Below, one piece after another: positions 10,175 through 23,690 of a DNA stretch of 64,000 nucleotides (its first letter is position 1; the number at the start of each line of letters is the position of its first letter). The stretch lies in NCBI RefSeq assembly GCF_000181795.1, contig NW_003526943.1, forward strand, positions 3,995,228-4,059,227, in the 5' to 3' direction. The notes under the pieces were generated by a model that saw only the letters and a program-made list of their open reading frames with translations, did no database searches and was not told the origin of the DNA. The DNA comes from Trichinella spiralis. Lineage: Eukaryota. Made by a program: the position numbers and the translations under genes.

Positions 10175-11661
10175 TCACACGGGTGTGATCAAAGGTTCAC
10201 TAACAGGGTCTGAAACTTTAATACCGTCGTCACTTTTGAAAGAATGCGAATTTTCTTGTTCAGCATTCGGCTGATTTTCGTCAGTGGTATTGGAAATTGG
10301 TTGTTCAACTTTCCATTGACGCTTTCGCAACAGAATATAGTCAAGAAAAAGTCGACGAGTCAACCGTGAAGCGACTACTTGACCGGCGTGATGGGCGACT
10401 TTTTCAATCACCAATATACCGTCCGCTCGTAGAAAGTGGTCGGCAAATTTTTCCACATCACCAGTCCATTTCGGCTGAGGTTCCGAATAGGATGCATTCA
10501 CCAGCTTTTTGATATATTCTCGACGAGAACGACGTACCAAATTACGATAAAGCCAATATACCAAATGCAATGAATTGATACAAGTCAACGCAACTGTCCA
10601 ACACCAGACGAGGAGAAATATTTTCTCATTTACCATATTGATCATCAGAACGCATTGAACAGTATATCTATGAAAGCGAAAGAAAGTAAAAAAAGCGTCA
10701 TTTTTCGATATTTAATGTTAATTTCTAGATTGACATGGTTGACTGTTATTATACGATATATGAATAAGTTGTTACCTGTTCAAATTTCCAAGTACTCGGA
10801 CTTCAAAGTCACACATCGTAACTCTAGGAAATACGCCGGTCAATTCCCATCCAGTTCCTGAGAGTAAACGTAGAAAAATATTCGGCATCCATTGTCGTCC
10901 AGTGGCCAACACTATTTGCATGAACAACAGTTGTAAACTGCAATTGACCACGTACAAAAATTTCACTAGAGTATAAGCGAAAGTGAGAAATGATCCGCTG
11001 TTTAGCAACTTTCTATTTAACCAACTGCTTCTTCCAGAAGATCGACAATACGTTTCAAAAGTTCGTTTCAATTGCAAAACTTCGCACAAGAATGCGGCGA
11101 TGATGCTGGTTTGTGAATTTTCATCATCCCACGACTCTTTCAACGTTGATTCACGAGCAACCGATACAATCGTTTCAATATTGAAACCTTTTCAATAAGA
11201 AAATTTATAAAAATGCATACAATTAAGCATATAATTCTGTTCGTATATAAGAAGTTTGCTTAAAACAAATAACACTATCTATTACCAGAGCGAAAGTTAC
11301 AAATACGCCATAAAGCAAATGGGGCACCGAAGAACAGCGCCTGCACACCAAGAATGAACGGCACCCATTGATAATAGCTGATATGCTTGTGTCCACGTTC
11401 TGAACGTCCCGGAATGGTGTCGTTCAACGGCAGCCAATAAGTATCTTGTATGTAGCAAAAATTTTCCGTATATTCCTCCCAAGCGTATTTAAATTCCGCT
11501 GGCACCCAGCATTCGATAGGTTGTCCAATCCATTGTCTTGTACTGATGATAAGTGCGAACAGAAGCAACAACGATGGAGTGTAAAAATAATTCGCTCTGT
11601 CGACAACATCGTCATCAACAGTTGGCTTGAGTGCATTTATTGCAGAACCAAAAATGTCCAT
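10175..11661 (-). CDS. Innexin (gap junction protein), 3 exons
   Basis: DDDVVDRANY, QWIGQPIECWVP, YTENFCY, the YYQWVP signature, FPRVTMCDFEVR and YTVQCVLMINMVNEKIFL. Exons ~11661-11286, ~11187-10776 and ~10667-10175 join in phase. Confidence 0.96.
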
Positions 11662-12067
11662 TTGATTCAAACAGCTTAAATCTTTCCGTATTAATGTGCT
11701 TGTAACAAGTGTATTTTCTGCACTGAATTGCAATTCCCATTCTCAATTCTCGCTTTTGCACTTCAAAACATGATTTTCCAGCTTTGAAGCTATGCAAACA
11801 TTCAACTAATCTATTTGACAAATAACAAGATTTTAACGAAATAGCTCGTCTAACCATTGCATAATTTCAAATGCTTCTGCCATGCTAAGAACATAAATGT
11901 GATTTTAAAAAAGCACTGTTTCCAAAATGAATGCCATTTTAAAGTTAAAAAAATAATAAATTTGTACACTTTATATATTTGAATATCGTAGTATACAATA
12001 TCGTTCAATAATCAAATACACAAAATTGACTGATATGATAACAGAGCGGAGAATCAATTTCACTGCT

Positions 12068-13968
12068 TCACTTCTTTGCAAGAACAGCATTTATTGAATC
12101 AATCTACAAATAAATCATTGAAGATTAATTCGCCAAAGATATAAAACTTACCTCGCTCCTCAAATTCGATTCCTTCACCTCATATTTTTCAATTTCAACT
12201 GACAGTCGATCCTATAAAATCAGTTCACTTTATTCCATACTTGTGAAATATTTCAACAATTTCTATGTGCATACTCGTAAAATAGGATTTTTTAAAGTCG
12301 TAAGCTTTTGTTGACAATGTTTTCTTTCTTTTTCACACTCTATTAAACTGCTATGCAACTCAGCTAATCTTCGACGAATAGCACCTTCAATTAAAAAATA
12401 TTTATAATTGTTTTTAGTTAAATTTCTTTACAAACAAAAAAATCACAACGAAATTGTTTACCTTCATCAACAGAACTACTACCATCTTTGGAGGATAATT
12501 TCTCAACTGTTTCAGGGAAAGAAGTTGATCTGGATACAACGTTTTGTAAATCTTCGTCAAAACTTTCATCACTGCTAGTACTGAAATCTTCTCCGAAAAT
12601 TTTATCTACATCTGAAATCAATTACATACACCATTATCAATTATCAATGAAAAGAAAAATAGGCAAATCAATTGAGTCACTTACTTATTACTTCACTTTC
12701 GGAATTCGAACCATGCAAATCAGCAGTTTTCACAGCATTTGCACTGGTAGTGCTATTTCGAGATTGCGCTTCTTGATCGATTGATACAAGACAATATCTG
12801 AAAATTTACACATTTTGAAATAGTTATATGCTGATATATAAGCTTAAAATTTCATCATCACGCTAGGAAATTTCAAACTTCAAAAATCTTTCTGAATTAC
12901 CAATTATACAAATAAACTGTGATTAATGCAAATATAGAAGACCTACATTCGATGAAATAAAAGCGATAAATCTTTTGAATTAATGCACTACTGTAAACTA
13001 ATATGCAATAGTTGTTGTACAATCTATCAAATTGAAACTAATTTTCCATATAATCTGTTCACTATTTAAACATTTTATTTTAAAATAGAAAAACCATTCA
13101 CTTGACAGATGCACATTCGAGGTCGGACCGCAACAGAATTTTTAATTCTTTTTCAATTTCAGGAGCATCCATGTACTTAAAAGCAACTTTATTTACACAC
13201 TGCTTCACATTGTAATTGTTAAAAATTTTACCTTTTTTCTCAGAGTTTTGCGAAACCGGCGTCTTCGAACATTCTTCATTGGTGGTGTTACTAAAATTTC
13301 AAATAAAAATGTACCAACAACAAATGTAATTCATGAATTTTACTGGTTTCTTAAATTAAGTAAAAAAAAACACTAAAACCAAAATTAATGCAACAACAAA
13401 TTATTATCGAATAAATTTTCACCAAATGCAATAAAAATTATAATAACGTACTTCCATGTGGCCACTGAAAGCGTTTTTCACATTTCTTGTCGTCATTCAG
13501 TGAATTGCTCTGCTTCGATTCATCATCCGATTTTTCACAAATAACCATCTGAGAAACATCAGTGACTTTGTAAAAATTCTTCTTATCCAAAGTTTTTTGC
13601 AATTCAACAACACATGGTAAATCAACCAACTAAACATAAAATTTCAACACAAAATGACCATAATCAAAAAATAACACTCTTCTGTAAATAACTATGTAAA
13701 GTAATACCCGTCCTTTCAATTTCTTATCGCATAATTTGATTTCTGCTGTGTGAGTATCAACATCAACGAAGATCTTCAATTGCTTCTCAACATTGTCTTG
13801 TTCGAGCAATTTATTCAGCTGTTCTGCTTCTTCCTGACAAGCAAAACAATTAAAACAACATAATAATGCAAAAAAAACTGTCCGCTTTACACTTGGAAGA
13901 CGTAAAATAAAATCACTTTCAATTTCTGGTGGCTGATCTTCTTCCTTGTATTTAGAAGAGTGATACAT
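12068..13968 (-). CDS. TAF7: TFIID subunit 7 (TAFII55)
   Basis: EIESDFILRLP, VDLPCVVELQKTLDKKNFYKVTDVSQMVIC, FQWPHG(I)TPPMKNVRRRRFRKT, YMDAPEIEKELKILLRSD; acidic and coiled-coil C-terminal exons; last exon IDSINAVLAKK*. Confidence 0.93.
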
Positions 13969-14539
13969 CTGTCTACTTTTTTCTGTCTACGCCAGTAAAA
14001 GCGAGCGTAAGAACGAAATCACATGTAGAGCAAAATGTTGCTGTTACAGTAATTTGGAAAAGTAGGCTACTAATGATAATTAAGAAAAATTGTTTACCGC
14101 AAAAATAATTTTAAGAAATAAAATAAAATAAATAAAGATATTTATTAATAACTTATGAAATATTTATATAAAAAAATTTTTTTTAACCCATTATTTTTCA
14201 TGTGGATTTAATGATTGCAACATATATTAAATCCCCTGATTTTAACATTTAACTTTAAAGCACTTTAAACAAATTGCAGAAATTTTAATTTTTAAAGTTA
14301 AATTTTATTGTCAAGTTGCTTTAAATTTTTGATTAGTTTTGTCAAATAATTTTTCGCTTTATTTCTTGAAAGTTATCAACTTCGGGTAAGACGCTTTTAC
14401 ATTTAGTTATTTGATTATATATTATAATACTAATAATAATCAGTTTTATGTTTATGCAGTTAAAAATAAAAATTTCATTACTTAATATTATTCATTACTT
14501 TACTGTTTAATGGTATTCTGTTTTAGTTTGTTGTGAGAA

Positions 14540-17500
14540 ATGAAGCTCTTGAAAACTCTGCTTATCTTCATTTTTTCCATTTCCTCTGTTGCGCAGGACT
14601 GCTTATTTAACAATGATTATGTTCAAGTGGGAAACCAGTTGGTCTTTCCAAGTAAACATTTGGAGCGAGAAGGTTGTTTTGCTTGGGTGCAAGTAAGTAG
14701 AAGAGATGAGAACTTTCAACCACACACCTGCAAAACTGCTTTGCCTGAAGCTGCAGGCATCAGTCACCCACCAAGTATGCTAATTACTAAATAAGAATTC
14801 TTCTGAAAAGTAAAATTTAACTTTTTTCAGATACGGTTTATAATGTGGAGGATGTGATTATTCCAAGAGAAACCTTAAATAGACTTTTCCAACAAAGCAT
14901 ACCGGCTCATTATGTTACTGGATTGTATTACATAAATAGTGTTGAAACTGTGGATATCCATTATAGTGGGAGAAAGAGCGTTACACACGTATCTATGAAA
15001 AACGTCTCAAACTGCCAAGGAATGTTTAGCATTATTTCTAGAAAAAATAAATGCTTTCCTCTGGCTTTTTACAGAAATACAAGGAATCCCGCAATCCATT
15101 ATGAACTAATTAGTGATGATGGAACTGAAGAGCCGTATGTTTTAATAGGAACACTCAGTTCATATTATCTAGATACTTTTCTCTTTATTCCTTGTTTGTT
15201 TCAAAATGCTTCAGTCAGGTGCTTAGAATGGGACTATGCTAACAGAAGGTGTAAAACTTGTGTTCCTCCTTTTGAAGGTTACCTTTGTGAAAAAAGTAAG
15301 TAATTGAAGGTGAAACAATTTTTGTTGCAACTGACTATGTATTAGTCGAATGCAAAATTCAAACAATTGTTGCATATGAAATTTTTAAGGGCTGAATTAG
15401 ATTGAAAATTATAATTTTATTTTTGTCATTATTATTATATTATCATGTAAAACTACCAAACTGTAATTTTAGCTAAAGATGAAGGAACATGTAAAAGTTC
15501 TTGTTTATATGGAATCTGTTCCGATAATGACAAATGTCAATGCATGTTAGGTTATACTGGTGCCGCCTGTGAAACGTGTAAGTCTATCATTTATGATTTC
15601 TGATTCAATTTGAATGTACATTAAAATTAAAAATTTCGGCAACTTTATAGACAGTGCCGTTGCCAACTTGCAACTTTGAAAGTCACTGTAAATGAAAAGC
15701 TTATAGTCTACACTTAGATAAATAGATTAATTTTATGAGTGTGATTGAATTTTTGTGTGCATGCATGTAAATTAAAGAGATTCATTCTCACTTGAGAAAA
15801 TATGATAATGTAATAAATACGGTATAATTTAATTCTTTAAGTAGAATTTAAATAATCAATCAAATATTTTAGTAACGTTAATCTTTGTTTAAATCACTTT
15901 TAGCTAAAAAACCGAAACAGAATTTCACAAAATATCCCTTCTGACCAAGCAATTAATCATTGCAATTATGTTTAACTTTTGCTTAATGAAAAATTAGTGG
16001 ATGTACCAAAATGAGAAAGTGGAAATGTTTTTTTGAGAAGTTAAGATAAAGCTGATATGCTTAGGTGCACATATGCTACGGCGTTGCTTAAAAATGAATT
16101 GCACACAATAAATGAAAATTTTTGTTTTATATTGCTTACTGTTGCTACTTTTAGTTATTGGTGCATGTAAAAGTAATCCATGCAAACATGGAAAATGTAA
16201 ATCTATTTCTTATTACTATACATGCGAATGTGACTTTCCTTATGAAGGTTTCAACTGTGATACTGGTAAGAATTTTAACGAAACATTTCCTCTAATAAAG
16301 TATTGTCAACTGACTTTTTTTTATTTAAAAGCTTTTAGAACCATTTTAATGATTATTTTTTGATAGTTGACATTAATTTGAGAGTTATTTTTAAAAGTAG
16401 TTTACTGTAGTGTCAATGATAATATGATAAAAGATAATTGACAAATCATAATCAACAACTTTTGTGAGCTCTCTAATAAGCACGTTCATATATTATGTAA
16501 TTTTCTTAATAGAAGCTCTGATTAAAATATTTTATTAATCTATTTTAATTTAAACAAATATTAACATATTAGAAATAAACCTATGTGAAAATATCACTTG
16601 TATTCATGGAAAATGCATAAGTCATTTATATGAAAATGGAAGTTACGCTGCGTATTGCAACTGCGATGACGGTTATACCGGAAGTGATTGCGCCACTGGT
16701 ATTTTTATCTGAATATTTTACAAATTATTATTATTGTTATAAACCATTGCTTTGTATTCAGATATAAATGAATGTAGTGATATTGCAAATCCAGTATGTC
16801 TTAACAATGGAAAATGTGTGAATGAAGTTGGCTCATATAAATGTATTTGTCCGATAAGATTTGATGGTAGAAATTGTGAATTTGGTAAAAATTTCTATTT
16901 CATTGTTTAAAAGTTTTATGTGATGCAAATTTTCAATTCCTTAACTAAATATAGTTTAACATTTATTATTGCATTAAAATAAAAATGTTAAGAAACTTTT
17001 CTTAAAATTCAATTGACTGACAAATTCTTTTGTCAATTATTTAGAAACGGATATGTGCACACTTAATCCCTGCCAAAACAATGCCTCTTGCGTTACTAAA
17101 AGCGAGCTGAAAGATGGGTACGAATGCTTGTGCAGTGATATTTTTACAGGAAAAACTTGTGAAACAAGTATCCATCAATGATGCATTTCATAAACAGCGT
17201 TTAAATGAATAAGGCTTTTCATTTTTTAGGGATTGATTTCTGCCAAGGAATAACCTGTATGTATGGTGGTACGTGTTCTAATCTTAATGAAGGTGGTTAT
17301 GAATGTTTGTGCAAGCCGATGTTGAGTGGCAAGCATTGCGAAAGTATATAAAACTTTTCATGCATAATTTTATCAATAACGCATGTGTAATATTTTGCTT
17401 AACCTTTAAAAGAGTGATCAGGAAAATGTTTGTTACATTACTGATATACATTAATTTTCATAAATAAATACTAATTGCTTTCAAACTTAAATGCACATCA

Positions 17501-20500
17501 TTTCATTTCAGAAATATCAATGTGTGAAGAAATATCATGCAACTTTGGTGTTTGCAAATATTCAGTTGATGAAAGTTCAGTGTTTTGTGAATGCAAAAAT
17601 GGATACACTGGAAAATTCTGCGATTCGGGTATCTATCTACAAATTTGAACTAAATAAATGAAAATTAATTTTTAGACATTAACGAATGCATTTACCAAGA
17701 AAATCCTTGCAAAAATAATGGTACCTGCGTCAATACTTCTGGGTCTTACAAGTGTGAATGCCCAAGCAAATTTGAAGGGACACATTGCGAAATAAGTAAG
17801 GATCACGGTCTTTTAATGTTTATTAATTATTTTCTATGTGAAACATTGTATGAAAATGGTGATAAGAAATTTTTCAGATAAATAATAATCATAATGGAAA
17901 AAATATAATATAAATTTCATCACACTATTAATAAGAATATTTACGAGTAAATCAAATTTAAAATTCAGTTAATCATAATCAAGCAATTCATAAATGAAAT
18001 TCATAACAAATTTTACTCACGTTATTTGACTGATTTAGAAATTGATCCATGTCGTAGCAATCCGTGCTCAAATCAAGCTACGTGCATTACTTTAAGTGAT
18101 GACCTAGAAGAATACGAATGCAAATGCCGGATTGGATTTGAAGGCAGATTATGTGAAAAAAGTAATGAAACGTTTAAATTTTAAAGGCAAAGCATAATCA
18201 ATTTCACATTTTTTAGAAATTGATTATTGTAAGAATGTAACGTGTGCAAACGGTGGTGAATGTATAAACACCGATGATAACAATTACATCTGTAAATGCA
18301 AAACGGGATTTTCTGGCAGGCATTGTGAAGGTAAGAGACGCAATGGTTTACAAAAGTTAAAAATGAAATTATGTTTATTTTAAATCTTAGTTTATGCCAG
18401 TTTTAATACATAAAGTTATATTTACTCTGTTTTATTGTTTATACATGTAATGAATATTAATGAAAGTTCAATAAATTTAGAAATACGAATATGCGATTTA
18501 GTGTCCTGTATTCATGGCACTTGCAAATATGATTTGTTTGAAAATGGGGACTATGTAAGCTTTTGCAACTGCAATCCAGGGTATCAAGGAAAAGATTGCA
18601 GCATTGGTACGCTTTTATTTATATGTATATATTAGAAGGGAATTATTTAATTAATTTTAATTTAGATATTGATGAGTGTGCTGATAAAGTGAATTATCCA
18701 TGCCTTAATAATGGTACGTGCTTCAATGACATTGGATCATATCATTGTGAATGCAGTGTAAAGTTTGAGGGAGAGCGCTGTGAAAAAAGTAAGTAAAGCA
18801 ATTTATTGTGCTTTTCCATGTAACATTTTGTTATTAAGTTATTTAAAATATCAAATGTCTTAAATAATTAATATAATATACATTTTTCATTTAAATAAAT
18901 AATATACCTCAAAACATTTGACAGTGACATTATGCGAGCAATCTCGCAAAAGTCAGTGCGTATATTTCACATTTCCATATTTCATTTCTGTATGATTTGA
19001 ATTTTTTGATTTTGTACCTATTTACTATTGCCTTGAAACGTTTATGTATTTTGGAATATTATAAAATTATGTAATTGAAAAAGCAATAACATTTGAATTT
19101 AAAATCTTCTAGATAAAATTATATTGCTTTTCTTCTTCATTAATGATCAGTTTATGTGTTGACGCATTCTATGTATGGCATCAGTGTATTCAAAATCTTT
19201 AAAAAATTTAATGTAAAGGAAGTTATTAACAGAAGAAATTACAAAAATGTAATTTCCATTAACTAATAAAAATATATAGCAATATATGGAGATTATGATA
19301 TGAGAAATTTCAGCATGAAAATTGTAATGATGCAAAGTAGGATAGAAATTAAATTTCAACATTAAGAAGCATATTTATTGGTAAACTTTAGTGAGATATA
19401 AATATTTTTAAAAATAATAAGCAATTGGCTATTTTAGAATATAAATAATTTAAACATCTTTATGCACCACAATTAATGACAAGCTTCCCTGACATTACAA
19501 TTTATTTAGAAATTGACCCATGTCGTAGCAATCCGTGCTCAAATCAAGCTACGTGCATTACTTTAAGTGATGACCTAGAAGAATACGAATGCAAATGCCG
19601 GATTGGATTTGAAGGCAGATTATGTGAAAAAAGTAATGAAACGTTTAAATTTTAAAGGCAAAGCATAATCAATTTCACATTTTTTAGAAATTGATTATTG
19701 TAAGAATGTAACGTGTGCAAACGGTGGTGAATGTATAAACACCGATGATAACAATTACATCTGTAAATGCAAAACGGGATTTTCTGGCAGGCATTGTGAA
19801 GGTAAGAGATGCAATGGTTTACAAAAGTTAAAAATGAAATTATGTTTATTTTAAATCTTAGTTCATGCCAGTTTTAATACATAAAGTTATATTTACTCTG
19901 TTTTATTGTTTATACATGTAATGAATATTAATGAAAGTTCAATAAATTTAGAAATACGAATATGCGATTTAGTGTCCTGTATTCATGGCACTTGCAAATA
20001 TGATTTGTTTGAAAATGGGGACTATGTAAGCTTTTGCAACTGCAATCCAGGGTATCAAGGAAAAGATTGCAGCATTGGTATGCTTTTATTTATATGTATA
20101 CATAGAAGGGAATTATTTAATTAATTTTAATTTAGATATTGATGAGTGTGCTGATAAAGTGAATTATCCATGCCTTAATAATGGTACGTGCTTCAATGAC
20201 ATTGGATCATATCATTGTGAATGCAGTGTAAAGTTTGAGGGAGAGCGCTGTGAAAAAAGTAAGTAAAGCAATTTATTGTGCTTTTCCATGTAACATTTTG
20301 TTATTAAGTTATTTAAAATATCAAATGTCTTAAATAATTAATATAATATACATTTTTCATTTAAATAAATAATATACCTCAAAACATTTGACAGTGACAT
20401 TATGTAAGCAATCTCACAGAAGTCAAAGCGTATATTACACATTTCCATATTTTATTCCTTTATGGCACAGATTTTTTGTTTTAAATTTCAATTTGTATTT

Positions 20501-23500
20501 AATTTGTCAAATTAATTCATTTGAGAATTTTATATAATCATTTGAGTAAAAGCAGCAAAATTAGAATTATAATTATCTTGAAAAGGTAGATATGATATTT
20601 CTTTTCTGTTGATAAATGGTTGACGTATGTATGCTGTACTTGCTTGTTTGCATAAAAATTGAATTACTAATGTGTATCTTTAATAATAAGCTTCAAATAT
20701 TATACTTTTTCACTGACTAAATTTAGAAATTGATCCGTGTCAGACCAATCTTTGCCAAAATCAAGCTACATGCGTCGATTTGGATAATGAAATCAATGCA
20801 TATGAATGCTCATGCAAACCAGGCTTTACCGGAAAATTATGCGAAACGAGTAAATTGTTATAGTTCAAAAATTTGTACTTAAACGGGCTTTTAGAAATTG
20901 ACTTCTGTGAGAAAGTGACATGCTATTTTGGTGGTGAGTGTGCAAATCTTGAAGGTGATCAGGTTGGTTACGTTTGCAAGTGCAAAGTAGGGTTTTCTGG
21001 CAAGCATTGCGAAGGTAAGTATATTTATATATTGTAATGTTTAAAAATTTCAGTAAATATAAGGAATTAAAGTTGAACTGTATGCATGAATTTTTATTTC
21101 TTTTCATCCATTCTGCTATATGTTTGATTGAAATTTTATCTGAATAGACTGCTTTAAAAATTTTAATGCAGTTTCTAATTGAAATGCAATAAATTAAATA
21201 AAATTAAAAATAAACGTTTTAGAAGTAGAAATCTGTAAAATCGCTGGATGTGTTCATGGTAACTGTACCTACAAATTATTCTGTGATGGAGACTACAGTT
21301 ATCGATGTGAGTGTGATGAAGGATTTGAAGGAAAAGATTGTAGTATAGGTATTTTAATGTAAATCTGAATTATAAACGTATTTGAATATATGACTGATAG
21401 ATATTAATGAATGTGAAAGGAAATCCTCTCTTTGTTCGAATTACGGAACCTGTGTCAATACAATTGGATCTTACAAATGCAAATGTGTAGCGGGATTTGC
21501 AGGAAAACGTTGTGGAAACTGTACGTAAAAAATATTTTGCTGTTTATTTCTATGTCTACTCGATCGTTTGTTAAACAATAAGAAATATTATTTTCAATGA
21601 AATTTTACTCTTGAAATAATTTCTCAGCAATACACTACTGATGTGGAAATTAATATTTTGTTGCAGACATTGAACCTTGCTTGACGAAGCCTTGCAAAAA
21701 CGGTGCTACATGTATAGTTGTTGATTATGGAACATTTGTGTTTCATCGTTGTCTGTGTCCTAATGGTTATATTGGAGAGTCATGTGAAACAAGTAATAAA
21801 AAATTCTTGAATTAAAAAATTTATTTATGTATATTAAGCAGCAAAATTTAGAAATTAGTAGCTGCGAAGGAATCATGTGTTTGAACGATGGTGAATGTCG
21901 TGTCCGCTCTGACGGCGGTTACGTTTGCTATTGTCCTGAAGGATATATGGGCCAAAACTGTGAATGTAAGAATCTTCTTCTAACATTTTAACGTTTTATT
22001 TGCTTTAAACATTTGCCTATTTTATAAAATTGTTCAACTAATTCACATTTACTTAAACTTTTAGTAAACTTAAAAAAATTCAGTTTTTTAATTTTCATAA
22101 TTTTGGTAATTTCATAATTATCGTTTTTTTCATTTTTTCTTTCAATTTACTTTTCAAAAGTACTTTTTATTCTTTGTTTATTTTCGTTTCAGAAAGATAT
22201 TTTACTGAATTTCATGTAAATTTACATTAAACTGAACAACTATTGAAGCATTTTACATTAATATGCATTCACTGAATTGTATTTTAGTTAAACACCCGTG
22301 TCCGGGAAAGTATTGCACTGAACGAATATCATCATGCCTATATCCTGACAAGGTTGATGATTCGCAATGCACACTTTGCCCAATCGGCTATGCAGGATAT
22401 AACTGTGAAACAGGTATTAAAACATTTCTCCAAATATGAAAGATTTTAATCAAGCAAAGAGCTTCTTGCTTTTACAGAAATAGATGGATGCTTAAAAGTT
22501 GAATGTCTAAACGGTGGTACTTGTTTTTCAACTGGGCTGAACACTTTTCGCTGTAATTGTCCGAAGGGATTTTATGGAAAATTTTGTGAAAGTGAGTTGG
22601 TTTCCCTGGTTCTTGTAAATGTTTTAATTTATTTAAATACGAACAAATTTATTTATAAGAATTTTCAAATAAAAACATAATTTAGCAATACTTATATTGG
22701 TATTAAAATGATTCTACTTTTTATAAGTTACATTGCATTCACTTCTAAAAAAGCTATTGATAAGCAAAGCATTGAGTTTAAGCAAATTATTGAATTAAAA
22801 ATATAATTATTGTTAGAATTATTATATCATACAATATGGTTTAATTATATGCATAAATGTTTAGAGAATGATTTATGTCTCGGTGTAAACTGCGGTACTG
22901 GATATTGCTCTTATACACAAGAAGGTGGCTACAAATGTGTATGCCATAATGGACCGTGCGAAGGTAAGCTGTACTTTTGCAACACTAACGAATTTATATA
23001 TTTAACATTTGACAGTGTTTGTGTGCATGTTCATCCTTTATTTTGCTTTGGCATGACTATGCTTAATTCTGAAAATTAATATTATGTTACAATAACGTTA
23101 AGCTCATTTAGTAAAATGGTTTTGCATATATAATTCACGTATTAATACTGAAAATTTTTAACGTCATTAATATATTTATTTGAATATTTTAAAAGTATTT
23201 AGTAATAGAATATTAAATAAAAATGGCAGTTTTATTTAATAAAGTATTTGTTTAGGAGACAATATTTGCTTTGACACTGTCTGCCCAAATGGCACAGTGT
23301 GCATTGGAGAACGGGATAATCATGCCTGTTACCGGGAGCCAGGCTATGATAGAATAAGCAGGAAACCGGATGGTAAATAAAAATTGCATTTAGATGTTAT
23401 TTTGTTGTTTTTTGAATTCCTTAAAGTTTTTATTTATTTCAAATTAAATTAACTTTATTTTAATTAACTAAATGAAAATTTCAATTTTGAACTATCATTG

Positions 23501-23690
23501 CATTGATTGACAATTGTTGAAGTCGTGTGAGACGTAGAATTAGAATTAATCACTGCCGTTGATTTATTTGCATATTTTTTTTATTTTTTTAGATCACTCT
23601 GCATTGATTCATGATGTGAAAGTGACAATGATGTGCCTGGTCGGCTCATTGATGTTTCTCGGTTTAGTTATGTATTTCCATTCACGATAA
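14540..23690 (+). CDS. Secreted/membrane-anchored multi-EGF protein (~27 EGF-like modules, several of the Ca-binding type)
   Basis: Signal peptide [18 protein letters not shown] and a ~220-aa unassigned N-terminal domain, followed by about one EGF module per phase-1 exon (e.g. [30 protein letters not shown]). The last exon encodes a hydrophobic tail, [22 protein letters not shown]. Confidence 0.88.
18033..20452 (+). repeat. Near-identical ~0.95 kb internal duplication (18033-~18982 and 19504-~20452) covering 4 EGF exons and their introns
   Basis: By-eye alignment at offset ~1471 shows only about 5-6 differences over the first ~900 nt. Confidence 0.95.

Noticed and set aside
14540..23690. Calling the EGF gene Notch, Delta/Serrate or crumbs
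   Set aside because: No LNR/ANK, DSL or laminin G domains, and no cytoplasmic tail.
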